The notes below the pieces were generated by a model. The model made no database searches. It saw only the letters and a program-made list of their open reading frames with translations, and had not been told where the DNA came from. Of a stretch of 64,000 nt of DNA, positions 36,997 to 45,650 are shown piece after piece. The DNA comes from Candidatus Eiseniibacteriota bacterium (lineage in GTDB: Bacteria; Joyebacterota; Joyebacteria; Joyebacterales; Joyebacteraceae), in assembly GCA_030622115.1 (NCBI GenBank), contig JAUXGN010000011.1, positions 3,232 through 67,231 on the forward strand. The letters are read 5' to 3'. The first letter of the stretch is position 1, and each line of letters begins with the position of its first letter. The position numbers and the translations under genes are program-made.

Positions 36997-37025
36997 ATAC
37001 TAGCGTCATCGTGCCTTCCTGTCAA
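36997..37025 (-). promoter_or_regulatory. Sigma70-type promoter TTGACA-N17-TAGTAT for the TetR/RND cluster
   Basis: Minus strand: TTGACA (37025-37020), 17-nt spacer, TAGTAT (37002-36997). Confidence 0.55.
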
Positions 37026-37063
37026 GCCCGGCTTTCATTCACCAGATCACGTGATACCCTCCG

Positions 37064-38020
37064 TTAGTCCACCTGATCTACAAGCCACTCCCCGGCCCGC
37101 TCGACAGCCCACGCGGCTACCCGCGGATCGGGCAGAATCCCCTGCCCGCCGTACAGGATGTCCTTGTCCTTGAGAACCTCCTCCGCACTGATCGTCATCA
37201 TCCCGGACCGGACCATGGCGCTCTTTGCCATGTTCTCGACTCCCATCGACAGGTACAGACCGACGACAAGAGTTCGCTCGGCGTGCTCGGTGGCTTGAGC
37301 TACGACTCCCAGTCCTTCTGTGGCAAACGACTGGCCGACCTCCACGAGCGCATGATCGAAGTACTCGATGCCGGTGTGCGCGCAGACGTACACGCCGACT
37401 TCATTGCACAGCGCTTCCCACACAGGTTCCGTAGACGCGTCTCCGTGTGCCAGGAGGACGAGGCTTTCCGACCCGGGATCTACGGACATCTCCTTAACGC
37501 GATCGAGCATGATCGTTTTGAGTATGTCACCGTAGCTGAGCGTCGGGCCGACTGTCAGCCGAATATCAGTGTCTACGATCTCAATCCCCTCGCCCCTCAG
37601 TTCCTCCAGCATCTCAAGATCGCTATAGAGCCCAAGGATTGCAGGAATGTCGAACAGCGAGTGTCCGGACGGAGCGATGAAGAGCGGAAGCACGTAGACC
37701 CTGTCTATCCCTGCCTCCTCGAGATCCCCGATCACAGTGTGAATCGAAGGTTCGGTGAACTCCATGAGCGCAACACGAACCTCATCGAACGGATTGTCGC
37801 CTGCCTCCGCCAGAAGAGCCTTTACCTCGTCCTCCAGTGCGAGGACCGGCGCATTCCACGACGGCATCGGGGCGCCGTGAGCGACCAGCACCAATCCAAT
37901 CTCCTCGTCTGCCGCGGCGGCGGCTGATGTCAGCACGATCATGATGAGCGCCGCAACAATGGCAAGGCCGGTGCCCGTCAGAAACCGCCCCCAACGCCCC
38001 AAATCTGATTGAAACAACAT
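37064..38020 (-). CDS. Exported two-domain CbiX/CbiK-like (class II chelatase fold) protein
   Basis: N-terminal TM/signal segment GLAIVAALIMIVLTSAAAAA. Two halves begin GLVLVAHGAP... and LVLLAHGDAS..., plus VYVLPLFIAPSGH. Start set to the ATG at 38020 (GGGAGA upstream). Confidence 0.6.
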   Translation of the reverse strand: MLFQSDLGRWGRFLTGTGLAIVAALIMIVLTSAAAAADEEIGLVLVAHGAPMPSWNAPVLALEDEVKALLAEAGDNPFDEVRVALMEFTEPSIHTVIGDLEEAGIDRVYVLPLFIAPSGHSLFDIPAILGLYSDLEMLEELRGEGIEIVDTDIRLTVGPTLSYGDILKTIMLDRVKEMSVDPGSESLVLLAHGDASTEPVWEALCNEVGVYVCAHTGIEYFDHALVEVGQSFATEGLGVVAQATEHAERTLVVGLYLSMGVENMAKSAMVRSGMMTISAEEVLKDKDILYGGQGILPDPRVAAWAVERAGEWLVDQVD

Positions 38021-38094
38021 GGTTTGTTCTCCCTTCGGACTGCGTGGCCGGCTGGGAATTCCCCAGTCAAATCTGCGACGGAATCCCATGCGCC

Positions 38095-40515
38095 CTAGAA
38101 ATCGATTGTGACTCCTCCATAGAAGATCCGCCCATAGACCGGGGCGTACATGAAGGCCGCATCATCAGTGTGCTTCTCCTCCTGCACATAGTCGGTGAGG
38201 TTGTCCCCTCCCACGAAGAGCGACAGATCCTCTGTCAGGTGCTTCGAGACACGCGCGTTAACAATGACGTAGGTCTCCGTTTCCTTGATCTTGGTGGGCT
38301 CGTCCCCATCGGCGTAGTAGTCGATATAGAGCGGGCCCTGGAGTTCCGCACCCAGCACAGCACTCCAACCAACGGGCCTGTACTCGGCCTTGAGACCGGT
38401 GGAGTATCGCGGCAGTCGCGACACATGGATGCTGTTGCTCTCGTACTCGGTTCCTATCCAGTCTTCCCGCACGTTCTCGTACTCTCCGGACGTGAACGTT
38501 GCATGACCATCGATGACGAGACTGCGAGTCGCCTCGTAGCGCCCGCTCAATTCGAGTCCTTGCACGAACGCATCGTCGATATTCCTCCACTCGTAGTCGT
38601 ACCCTCGAGCGGACGCCGCTTCGCCCGCATCGACCAGTCCGATTTTGCCGCGAACATCTGTCCGGTAGAGCGAGAGGCCGATGGTGTACCGCGTGGCGTA
38701 GTAGTCGGCAGAAAGGTTGTAGCTCACGGATTTCTCAGGTTCTAGATCGCCCCCCTTCCAGACGCGCGGAGATCCGCTGCACAGGTGAAGATCCTCAGAG
38801 AACCCGTAGGGAACACGGAAGCCTGTGCCGATGCTGGCGCGAAGCGCCAAGCCGGGTGTCGGGCTGAACCGGACGGCGGCGCGGGGATTCACAGACGATT
38901 CGGAGTACTCAACCGTCGGCACGCCCTGCGGAGCAACGCTGCCGGATCCCCGGAACTTGTCCTCCGAGTCGTGTTTGTCGTACCGAACGCCCAGAACGAA
39001 TTCCAGAGCATTGCTGGGAGCGAATTCATCCTGAAGGTACAAGCCGAAATCCGTCGAGTGCTTCTCACTCGTGGACCTGTACGCTTCACCGTAGCTTTCA
39101 TCTTCTTCATCGACAACGACGTACATGCCGGATTCCTCGAGTCGGTTGTGCGCGAACTGTCCTCCAAGGAGCAGCCGGTGCATGCCGCCAACAGGATGCG
39201 AGTAGTTTATGTTCCCGGTGTAGAGGTCCTCTGATGCCAGGTAGGGTCTCAGGAGATCGATCGGCGCCAGTTCACCGTTCACGCTTTCGTAGTCCGTGAT
39301 AAACGTATCATTGGTCGCATTCCTGTCATGGTGAGCATAGGAGACCGAGACGGCAACGTCATTCCCGCGGTCGAACTGCTTCTTTGCCGACATCTCGAAC
39401 TCATGTCTGTCCGTGACGATCCGCTCCGTTCCAGGCGTGAAGGGGTTCTCGTAGACGTCCTCGGGAACATCGTAGTCGCTGTTGTAGAGCTCACCTCCCT
39501 GTCTGAGTTCATGGAGTGCTCTACCCCTGATCACGAGCTGATCCATTCCGAGGACATCACCTACGATCGCGTTGAACCCGCCGCTCGTGAGATCGGTCCG
39601 GACACGATCGGATACGTGGTCGGGCGTGTAGACGCTCTCGCGGCCGATCCCGTCTCCCGTCTCATCGATGACATCCCCCGAGTTCTTCTGCGCGAAGAGA
39701 ACCAGCCCCACGTTTCCAAACCGCTGCGAGGCGGAGAAGTCGTAGCGCCGTGACTCGTGCTCTCCGAACTCGATCGCTATCCCCGCCTCCGGGCGTACAG
39801 AAGGAACCCGTGTCACAAGATTGATGGCGCCCGCGATCGCTCCGCTCCCGTACAGTGCCGAGCCCGCTCCCTTCACGACCTCGATCCGCTCGATGGAGGT
39901 TGTGCCTATCTGCTGTAACCCATAGACGCTTGCGAGGCCGGAGTAGACGGGCTGGCCGTCAACAAGGACCTGGGTGTGATCAGCCCCAAGTCCCTGCATT
40001 CTCACCTGGCTGAAATTGCAGAACTGACACTGCTGCTCCACACGCACACCAGCGACCCCTTCGAGCGCCTCATAGATATCGCAGGCGCCGGCATCCTTGA
40101 ACGATTGCCGGGTCACGACCTCCGTTCGGATGGGAACGTCCTTCAGGTAGCGTGGCGTCCTCGTCGCGGTGACCACGACTTCCTCCATCCCTATGACGCT
40201 CTCCTTGAGCTCGAAATCGATCTCCACTGTTCTGTCGGCTCTGATCGTGACCATCCTGATGGCCGTCTCATAGCCCATCATGGAAACGGCCACCTCGTGC
40301 GTTCCAGCCCTGACGTTCTGGATGTAGAAGCTCCCATCGCGCCCGCTGATGCCTCCGGACACCGTTCCCCTCACGCTCACATTGACGAACGCCAACGGCT
40401 CACCGGTCTCGACGTCAACGATGTTCCCTGCCAGACCACCCAACTCTTGAGCTTGTCCAGCTCCAGCAATCAGAAGCACCACAGCTGCCACGGCTATCGG
40501 TATGGCATTCCTCAC
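38095..40515 (-). CDS. TonB-dependent receptor with N-terminal carboxypeptidase-regulatory-like domain
   Basis: Plug motifs (VRMQGLGADHTQVLVDGQPV, IEVVKGAGSALYGSGAIAGAINLVTR) and terminal ...GGVTIDF. GTG start at 40515. Confidence 0.85.
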   Translation of the reverse strand: MRNAIPIAVAAVVLLIAGAGQAQELGGLAGNIVDVETGEPLAFVNVSVRGTVSGGISGRDGSFYIQNVRAGTHEVAVSMMGYETAIRMVTIRADRTVEIDFELKESVIGMEEVVVTATRTPRYLKDVPIRTEVVTRQSFKDAGACDIYEALEGVAGVRVEQQCQFCNFSQVRMQGLGADHTQVLVDGQPVYSGLASVYGLQQIGTTSIERIEVVKGAGSALYGSGAIAGAINLVTRVPSVRPEAGIAIEFGEHESRRYDFSASQRFGNVGLVLFAQKNSGDVIDETGDGIGRESVYTPDHVSDRVRTDLTSGGFNAIVGDVLGMDQLVIRGRALHELRQGGELYNSDYDVPEDVYENPFTPGTERIVTDRHEFEMSAKKQFDRGNDVAVSVSYAHHDRNATNDTFITDYESVNGELAPIDLLRPYLASEDLYTGNINYSHPVGGMHRLLLGGQFAHNRLEESGMYVVVDEEDESYGEAYRSTSEKHSTDFGLYLQDEFAPSNALEFVLGVRYDKHDSEDKFRGSGSVAPQGVPTVEYSESSVNPRAAVRFSPTPGLALRASIGTGFRVPYGFSEDLHLCSGSPRVWKGGDLEPEKSVSYNLSADYYATRYTIGLSLYRTDVRGKIGLVDAGEAASARGYDYEWRNIDDAFVQGLELSGRYEATRSLVIDGHATFTSGEYENVREDWIGTEYESNSIHVSRLPRYSTGLKAEYRPVGWSAVLGAELQGPLYIDYYADGDEPTKIKETETYVIVNARVSKHLTEDLSLFVGGDNLTDYVQEEKHTDDAAFMYAPVYGRIFYGGVTIDF

Positions 40516-40556
40516 GATGGTTTCCTCTCTGGTGAAGTTCGTGACTCCATATAAAA

Positions 40557-40575
40557 TTCGTGTAGCCTAACCATG
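40557..40575 (-). promoter_or_regulatory. DtxR/IdeR-box-like site upstream of the TonB receptor gene
   Basis: Minus strand CATGGTTAGGCTACACGAA matches the IdeR consensus TTAGGTTAGGCTAACCTAA at 13 of 19 positions, with a contiguous GGTTAGGCTA. Confidence 0.35.
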
Positions 40576-40653
40576 AGGGCAAAAAAAGAGCCCTTCATCT
40601 CCATTCCTGCTGCGCGACCACGGCTTCCCCTTGCGGGTCACACGCCTCGGCGG

Positions 40654-41184
40654 TCACACACCACCCGAATCCGGACTCTGCTTCGGCTTTCTTCTGTGTT
40701 GCTCGATACACTTCTTTATGCACTCCCGACAGGCGTCCGGATCATCGACGTCCTTGTATGATCTCGCTGCCCCACAGATCCAATCAGTATCGCCATCTGT
40801 GTGGTTCTCAACGCACGCGAGGAATCCCACCAGCCTCTTCATCAGATCCGGCGAGAGCGAGTGTTCCATCCGGCAGGCGGCTTCGCTTGCCTCAACATCA
40901 CCCACACCAAGCACCTTCGTGAAGAACTCCTGAAGGACGTGGTGCCGTCCCGTAACATCCCTGGCGATCGCCTCTCCCTTGGAAGTCAGCGTGATGACGT
41001 CATAGGGGGTGTAGTTGATCAGCTTCTTCTCGCTCAGCGCATGCAGAGCGCCGGTCACCGATGGGCTGCTCACGCTCAGACGCTTGGCTATGTCCTTCGC
41101 CCTGACGGCCTGTTTCTCCTGGAGGATGGCCAGAATGGCCTCCAGATAGTCCTCTAAGCTCTCGCTGAGACGTCCTGTTTCCAC
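40654..41184 (-). CDS. DtxR/MntR-family metal-dependent regulator with Cys-rich C-terminal extension
   Basis: LEDYLEAI...DIAKRLSVSSPSVTGALHALSEKKLI HTH, then RHHVLQEFF...EASEAACRMEHSLS. The C-terminus CVENHTDGDTDWIC...DACRECIKKC replaces the usual SH3/FeoA-like domain. GTG start at 41184 (GGAGG upstream). Confidence 0.85.
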   Translation of the reverse strand: METGRLSESLEDYLEAILAILQEKQAVRAKDIAKRLSVSSPSVTGALHALSEKKLINYTPYDVITLTSKGEAIARDVTGRHHVLQEFFTKVLGVGDVEASEAACRMEHSLSPDLMKRLVGFLACVENHTDGDTDWICGAARSYKDVDDPDACRECIKKCIEQHRRKPKQSPDSGGV

Positions 41185-41223
41185 AGAACCTCCTCTTCAG
41201 GGCAGAAAGTATATGCGCCTAAT

Positions 41224-41252
41224 ATTATAAGGCGAGCCTAACTCCCTGTCAA
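41224..41252 (-). promoter_or_regulatory. Consensus sigma70 promoter TTGACA-N17-TATAAT with a DtxR-box-like sequence in the spacer
   Basis: Minus strand: TTGACA (41252-41247), spacer GGGAGTTAGGCTCGCCT, TATAAT (41229-41224). The spacer contains GTTAGGCT, shared with the 40557 site. Confidence 0.65.
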
Positions 41253-41352
41253 CAAGAATCTTGTGCTCTGCTTCAGCCGGGCGTGGATGTCCTCGCTAAC
41301 TGCAGCGCGAAAGTGTCCTCTCCTCCCGCGGCGCCGGTGTAGTATAGGGATC

Positions 41353-42408
41353 ATGACTGAGCGCCCAGACCCCATTCATCTCAGCACAAAGGTCCACCAC
41401 CCCTACCGCGGGTGGAGTGTCCTTGAGTTCCTCTGCAAGAGATTTCGCTATCTCCCCCGCGAACTATGGGAGAAGCGAATCAAAACCGGGAAGATCCGGC
41501 TCAACGGGCGGATAGCCGGAGCAGAGGATATCGTAGATACCGATGATGAGATCGAGTACACGATAGAGATAATCGAACCGGCCGTCGACTTCGCCTACGA
41601 CATCGTCTACACCGATGATGACATCCTGGTTGTGTCGAAGTCCGGGAACATCCCCGTCCACGCAAGCGGGAAGTTCATCCGGCACACACTCATCGCGAAG
41701 CTCAGGGCTGATCTCGGCCAGGATCTCAATCTCGCTCATCGCCTCGACCGGGAGACGAGCGGCCTTGTGGTTCTCACGAGAAACGTCGAGGCAGCGCGAT
41801 CGATATCGGCCGCGTTCGCGAGAGGCGCCGTCTCGAAGACCTACCTCGCGATCGTGCACGGGTGCCCCAGCAATGACACGTTCGAGATCGATGCTCCGCT
41901 CGGACGGATCGGAAAGCAGCACCCGATTCCACGGTCGATCATAGACAGGAAGAAGGGCAAGCCGGCGAGAACGAGCGTGAAGGTGATCGAGCGCCTGCGT
42001 GGCCGACCGATCACAGAGACCCTCGTGCAGGGGGGACCGGCAACAGAGGGCGCCCCCGGCCAAGGCCGCGCAAGCGCACCGCCGACGGCGTTCAGCATCG
42101 TCGAGGTCCGACCCCACACGGGCCGCACAAACCAGATCCGCGTCCATCTGGAATCCAAAGGCCACCCCATCATCGGCGACAAAACCTATGGGCTGCCCGC
42201 TACACTGTTGCGGAAGCTGATGGTCGATCCCGACTCACCGGAGCTCCTCGCCCACCTCATCCTCCCCCGCCATGCACTCCACAGCGCGCACATCGCGTTC
42301 GACCATCCCCGTACCGGCGAACGGCTCGAACTATCAGCACCTCTCCCGGCGGACATGGCGGACTTCATCCAGTCGCTACGCCTCAGGACGACGCACTCAA
42401 CGTTGTAG
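41353..42408 (+). CDS. RluA-family pseudouridine synthase
   Basis: HRLDRETSGLVVL catalytic motif; GRTNQIRVHL. ORF 41263..42408 trimmed to the ATG at 41353. Confidence 0.85.
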   Translation: MTERPDPIHLSTKVHHPYRGWSVLEFLCKRFRYLPRELWEKRIKTGKIRLNGRIAGAEDIVDTDDEIEYTIEIIEPAVDFAYDIVYTDDDILVVSKSGNIPVHASGKFIRHTLIAKLRADLGQDLNLAHRLDRETSGLVVLTRNVEAARSISAAFARGAVSKTYLAIVHGCPSNDTFEIDAPLGRIGKQHPIPRSIIDRKKGKPARTSVKVIERLRGRPITETLVQGGPATEGAPGQGRASAPPTAFSIVEVRPHTGRTNQIRVHLESKGHPIIGDKTYGLPATLLRKLMVDPDSPELLAHLILPRHALHSAHIAFDHPRTGERLELSAPLPADMADFIQSLRLRTTHSTL

Positions 42409-42454
42409 AGAGACGCCGGGCGCCGTGATTGCGCACCGGGCATTCTAGAGAAAC

Positions 42455-42481
42455 GCCGCGCTCTTGTCCAAAGAGCACGGC
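42455..42481. terminator. Hairpin between the convergent rluA-like gene and pckA
   Basis: GCCGCGCTCTT-GTCCA-AAGAGCACGGC, 10 of 11 positions paired. Confidence 0.4.
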
Positions 42482-42522
42482 GCTTCCATTAGCTACATCG
42501 TTCTGCGATCTCGAAGCCCCTC

Positions 42523-44172
42523 TTACTTACCGGGACACTCCGCGGCGACGGCTGCTTCTATGCCCGCATTGCCGTACGCCTTGTCATAGTGAGCGGCGAA
42601 GTCAGCAGCGAGCTTCCTAGCACGTTCCTCAAATGCCTTCGGATCATCCCATGTGTTCCGGGGCTTCAGAATGGCCGCATCCACACCGGGGCAACTCGTG
42701 GGAACCGCCACCTTGAAGTACGGATCGATCTCGCATTCGACATCATCAAGCTCGCCCGAGAGCGCCGCGTTCACCATGCGCCTCGTGATCGGGAGGTCCA
42801 TTCTGGAACCGACGCCATAGGGGCCGCCACTCCACCCGGTATTAATGAGAAAGACCTGTGTGCCGTGTTCTTCCATCCTCTTTCCCAATAGCGACGCATA
42901 GACGTCCGGGTTCCTCGGCATGAACGGCTCGCCGAAGAAGCGTGAGAACGTGCTCACCGGCTCAGTGATGCCCGTCTCCGTCCCGGCCAGCTTGCTCGTG
43001 TATCCCATAAGGAACCAGAGCATCGCCTGCTCACGCGTGAGCTTCGAGACCGGAGGTATCACCCCGTTCGCATCAGCGGTGAGAAACAGAATGGTGGCCG
43101 GGTGACCAGCTGTGGATGACTCTTTGATATTGGACAGATACCTGAGCGGATATGAGCCCCGCGAGTTGGGAGTCAGTCGAGAATCAAACAGATCGAACGC
43201 GCCCCACGGATACATCATCGCGTTCTCGATGATCGCCCCATGCTTCTCCACCTCATCCTTGTGGAAGCAGGCGTTCGTGATCTCAGGCTCCTTCTCGGGA
43301 TCGAGATCGATCAGCTTCGCGTAGCACCCGTTCTCGAAGTTCGCTACGCCGTCATCGCTCCACCCGTGCTCGTCATCGCCAAGAAGCGCGCGCGATGCAT
43401 CGGCCGAAAGCGTGGTCTTGCCCGTGCCGGAGAGACCGAGGAGCAGCGCGCTTCTCCCATCAGGGCCCTCGTTCGCGCTGCAGTGGATCGGCAGGATCCC
43501 CTCAGCCGGCAGTATGTAGTTCATAACCGTGAAGATGAGTTTCTTGATACTACCGCCGTACGCAGATCCGTAGACGACACCGATCCGGCGATCCGCATCA
43601 ATGGCAACGGCCATCGTTGAGGTGCCGCCGATCCGGGGATCTATGCGCAGCTTCCCCTCATACCTCGCGGGATCGAGCTTATCGTACGGAAGTGCGACGA
43701 GCGTGAAGTGCCGATCCTTGAAGCACGTCGTTGCCACGATCTCATCCGACCACGGACGGAACATGTTGTCGGTGAAAAGCGCTGAAAGAGCTTGGTCGGC
43801 GATCGTGTGCACCGGGAGCGCGTACTTGGGGTCGGCTCCTACGACGCGGTCGGTCACGTACACGGTATCGACCTCGGCCAGCGTCGCGAGCGAATCCTGA
43901 AGCAACATGTCAAAAGTCTCAGGAGTAAGCGGGATGTTGTTCGGACTCGTCCAGTCAACCGTGTCCTGGCTCTCCGGGCGCTTCACTATGTAGGTGTCCT
44001 TCGGACTGCGGCCGTTCGAGTCCGTCGGGGTCCACGTTGCGAGTGCGCCACACGCGCTTGGGATCGCCTCACGGCGCGCGACGGAGTCGCGGATCATCTC
44101 CGCTCTTGCAATGTTCGTCTTGACATTCGGGCGCTGCTCAAGCAGCGCAGCAAGCTTCTCCCGGAAGGCCAT
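42523..44172 (-). CDS. pckA: Phosphoenolpyruvate carboxykinase (ATP)
   Basis: GLSGTGKTTLS P-loop, GDDEHGW, and an overall PckA-like sequence of 549 aa. Confidence 0.95.
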   Translation of the reverse strand: MAFREKLAALLEQRPNVKTNIARAEMIRDSVARREAIPSACGALATWTPTDSNGRSPKDTYIVKRPESQDTVDWTSPNNIPLTPETFDMLLQDSLATLAEVDTVYVTDRVVGADPKYALPVHTIADQALSALFTDNMFRPWSDEIVATTCFKDRHFTLVALPYDKLDPARYEGKLRIDPRIGGTSTMAVAIDADRRIGVVYGSAYGGSIKKLIFTVMNYILPAEGILPIHCSANEGPDGRSALLLGLSGTGKTTLSADASRALLGDDEHGWSDDGVANFENGCYAKLIDLDPEKEPEITNACFHKDEVEKHGAIIENAMMYPWGAFDLFDSRLTPNSRGSYPLRYLSNIKESSTAGHPATILFLTADANGVIPPVSKLTREQAMLWFLMGYTSKLAGTETGITEPVSTFSRFFGEPFMPRNPDVYASLLGKRMEEHGTQVFLINTGWSGGPYGVGSRMDLPITRRMVNAALSGELDDVECEIDPYFKVAVPTSCPGVDAAILKPRNTWDDPKAFEERARKLAADFAAHYDKAYGNAGIEAAVAAECPGK

Positions 44173-44296
44173 CGCTCTCTCCTGGTCGATTGCGAGATCG
44201 GCGAGACCGGTCTCTGGTGTGACTGCGAGATACTCCTACCTTTTCAGAACAGTCGACTTGACGAACCTCAATGATAGGTCGCTGTGAGAGGTATTG

Positions 44297-44337
44297 GAAG
44301 ACGAAAGCCCGGGCGACAAGCCCGGGCTTTCGTCTTC
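44297..44337. terminator. Orphan, very stable hairpin (17-bp perfect stem) in the pckA / lipoprotein divergent spacer
   Basis: GAAGACGAAAGCCCGGG-CGACAAG-CCCGGGCTTTCGTCTTC. No annotated gene ends here on either strand. Confidence 0.45.
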
Positions 44338-44636
44338 TTGATCGATGGAGAATGCTGATGGGAAGCCACGGCTTCGTTATCCCCCCATGTAGCTCGGATC
44401 ACTCCGGTCCATGGTAACTTGCGTAACTTCCCATATGCTCGTTGCGCTCGATCTGTTGAACAATGTGACTCGTTCGAACGTTGAACGCCCGGGTCGCGAT
44501 CGGCCCATCGCTCAGGGTCCAGGAACGTGGACAAGGTTGACAGGGGTCACGGATAACACGATAGTGGTGTTGAACCATCGTGTGAATAGCGGCGCCTCGT
44601 CCGCCACTGTCTGGCTTGCTCCGTGGGAGGATAACG

Positions 44637-45617
44637 GTGAATTCTGTTCTCTTGATCTCATTGGTCGTACTCACGGTCGCGTGCGCGCTTGTTGGATGCT
44701 CCCCCGTCCCGGAGGAGGGCACGTTCGCCGGGCGTCTCGACGAGGCCGATCAGACCTTCCGCAGCGGACAGTACGCTGACGCCGGGGTTCTGTTCGAGGC
44801 CGTAGCCAACGATGCGGAGGCTCTGGGTGACGCATCCGCGTTCGTGGAGGCGGCATCGATGCGGGCACGCTCGTACCTCGTTCAGGATGACGGCGAGACC
44901 GGGCGACCGTGGCTGGCCAGAGCGGCAGCGAAAGCTACTGAAGGCGATGTGCTCGGGTGGTCTCGATACCTCGGGGTGCGCGGTCGCTTCGAATGGAAGG
45001 ACCACGACAGTCCTGCGGCGACGGCCACATTCACAGCCATGTTCGACTACTGCGAGGCGCACGAACTATGGAGTCGCGCGATCGACGCCGCCCATATGGT
45101 CGGGATCACGGGGGATCCGGAGGAACGATTCGAGTGGTCCGACAAGGCCATCGCCATGGCCGAGGCCGGCGAGCTGACAGGCTGGCTGGGTCCTCTATGG
45201 AACAACCTCGGCTGGAACTACGTTGACGCGAAGCGCTACGAAGAGGCTCGCGTGGCGCTCAAGAAAGCACGTGAGTATCACTACATGGGTGAGCGCGAAC
45301 TGCCGAAGCTCATAGCCGACTATGCGATTGCCCATGTGATCCGCCTCCAGGGTCAGACGGCGGACGCCAAGGCCGCCATGCGTGATGTCTTTGACTGGGC
45401 CGGCAGGATGCATGATGAGGGCATTCAGGACGCCGTGGAATGGATGGGCTTCAGCCGTTGGGAGCTCGGTGAGATCGCACTGACTGAGGGTGAAACGGGC
45501 GTGGCCATCCGGCTGATGTCGAAGGCTCTGGGAGAGCTCGAGCAGGCCGGCATGCCAAGCTGGGACGCCGACGATTGGGAGAAGAAGCAGGCAAGGCTCG
45601 ACAGTATCAGGCCGTAG
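44637..45617 (+). CDS. TPR-like lipoprotein
   Basis: GTG at 44637 with GGAGG 6 nt upstream. Lipobox LTVACALVGC. Helical-repeat-rich remainder. Confidence 0.6.
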   Translation: MNSVLLISLVVLTVACALVGCSPVPEEGTFAGRLDEADQTFRSGQYADAGVLFEAVANDAEALGDASAFVEAASMRARSYLVQDDGETGRPWLARAAAKATEGDVLGWSRYLGVRGRFEWKDHDSPAATATFTAMFDYCEAHELWSRAIDAAHMVGITGDPEERFEWSDKAIAMAEAGELTGWLGPLWNNLGWNYVDAKRYEEARVALKKAREYHYMGERELPKLIADYAIAHVIRLQGQTADAKAAMRDVFDWAGRMHDEGIQDAVEWMGFSRWELGEIALTEGETGVAIRLMSKALGELEQAGMPSWDADDWEKKQARLDSIRP

Positions 45618-45650
45618 GATCAGGCGGTCCGCACGCAGGCGCGCGGCCGG

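Noticed and set aside
40576-40600. TGAGGGC-AAAAAAAGA-GCCCTTCA as the intrinsic terminator of the DtxR-like gene
   Set aside because: On the minus strand the T-run falls in the loop rather than after the stem, and the stem is short and bulged. It is not a convincing terminator and may just be AT-rich promoter context for the TonB receptor gene.
44297-44337. GAAAGCCCGGGC within the hairpin resembles the RNase P RNA GGAAAGUCCGGGC P4 element
   Set aside because: The sequence is simply one arm of a perfect 17-bp hairpin. None of the other conserved RNase P, tmRNA, SRP or 6S features could be found in the surrounding 300 nt.
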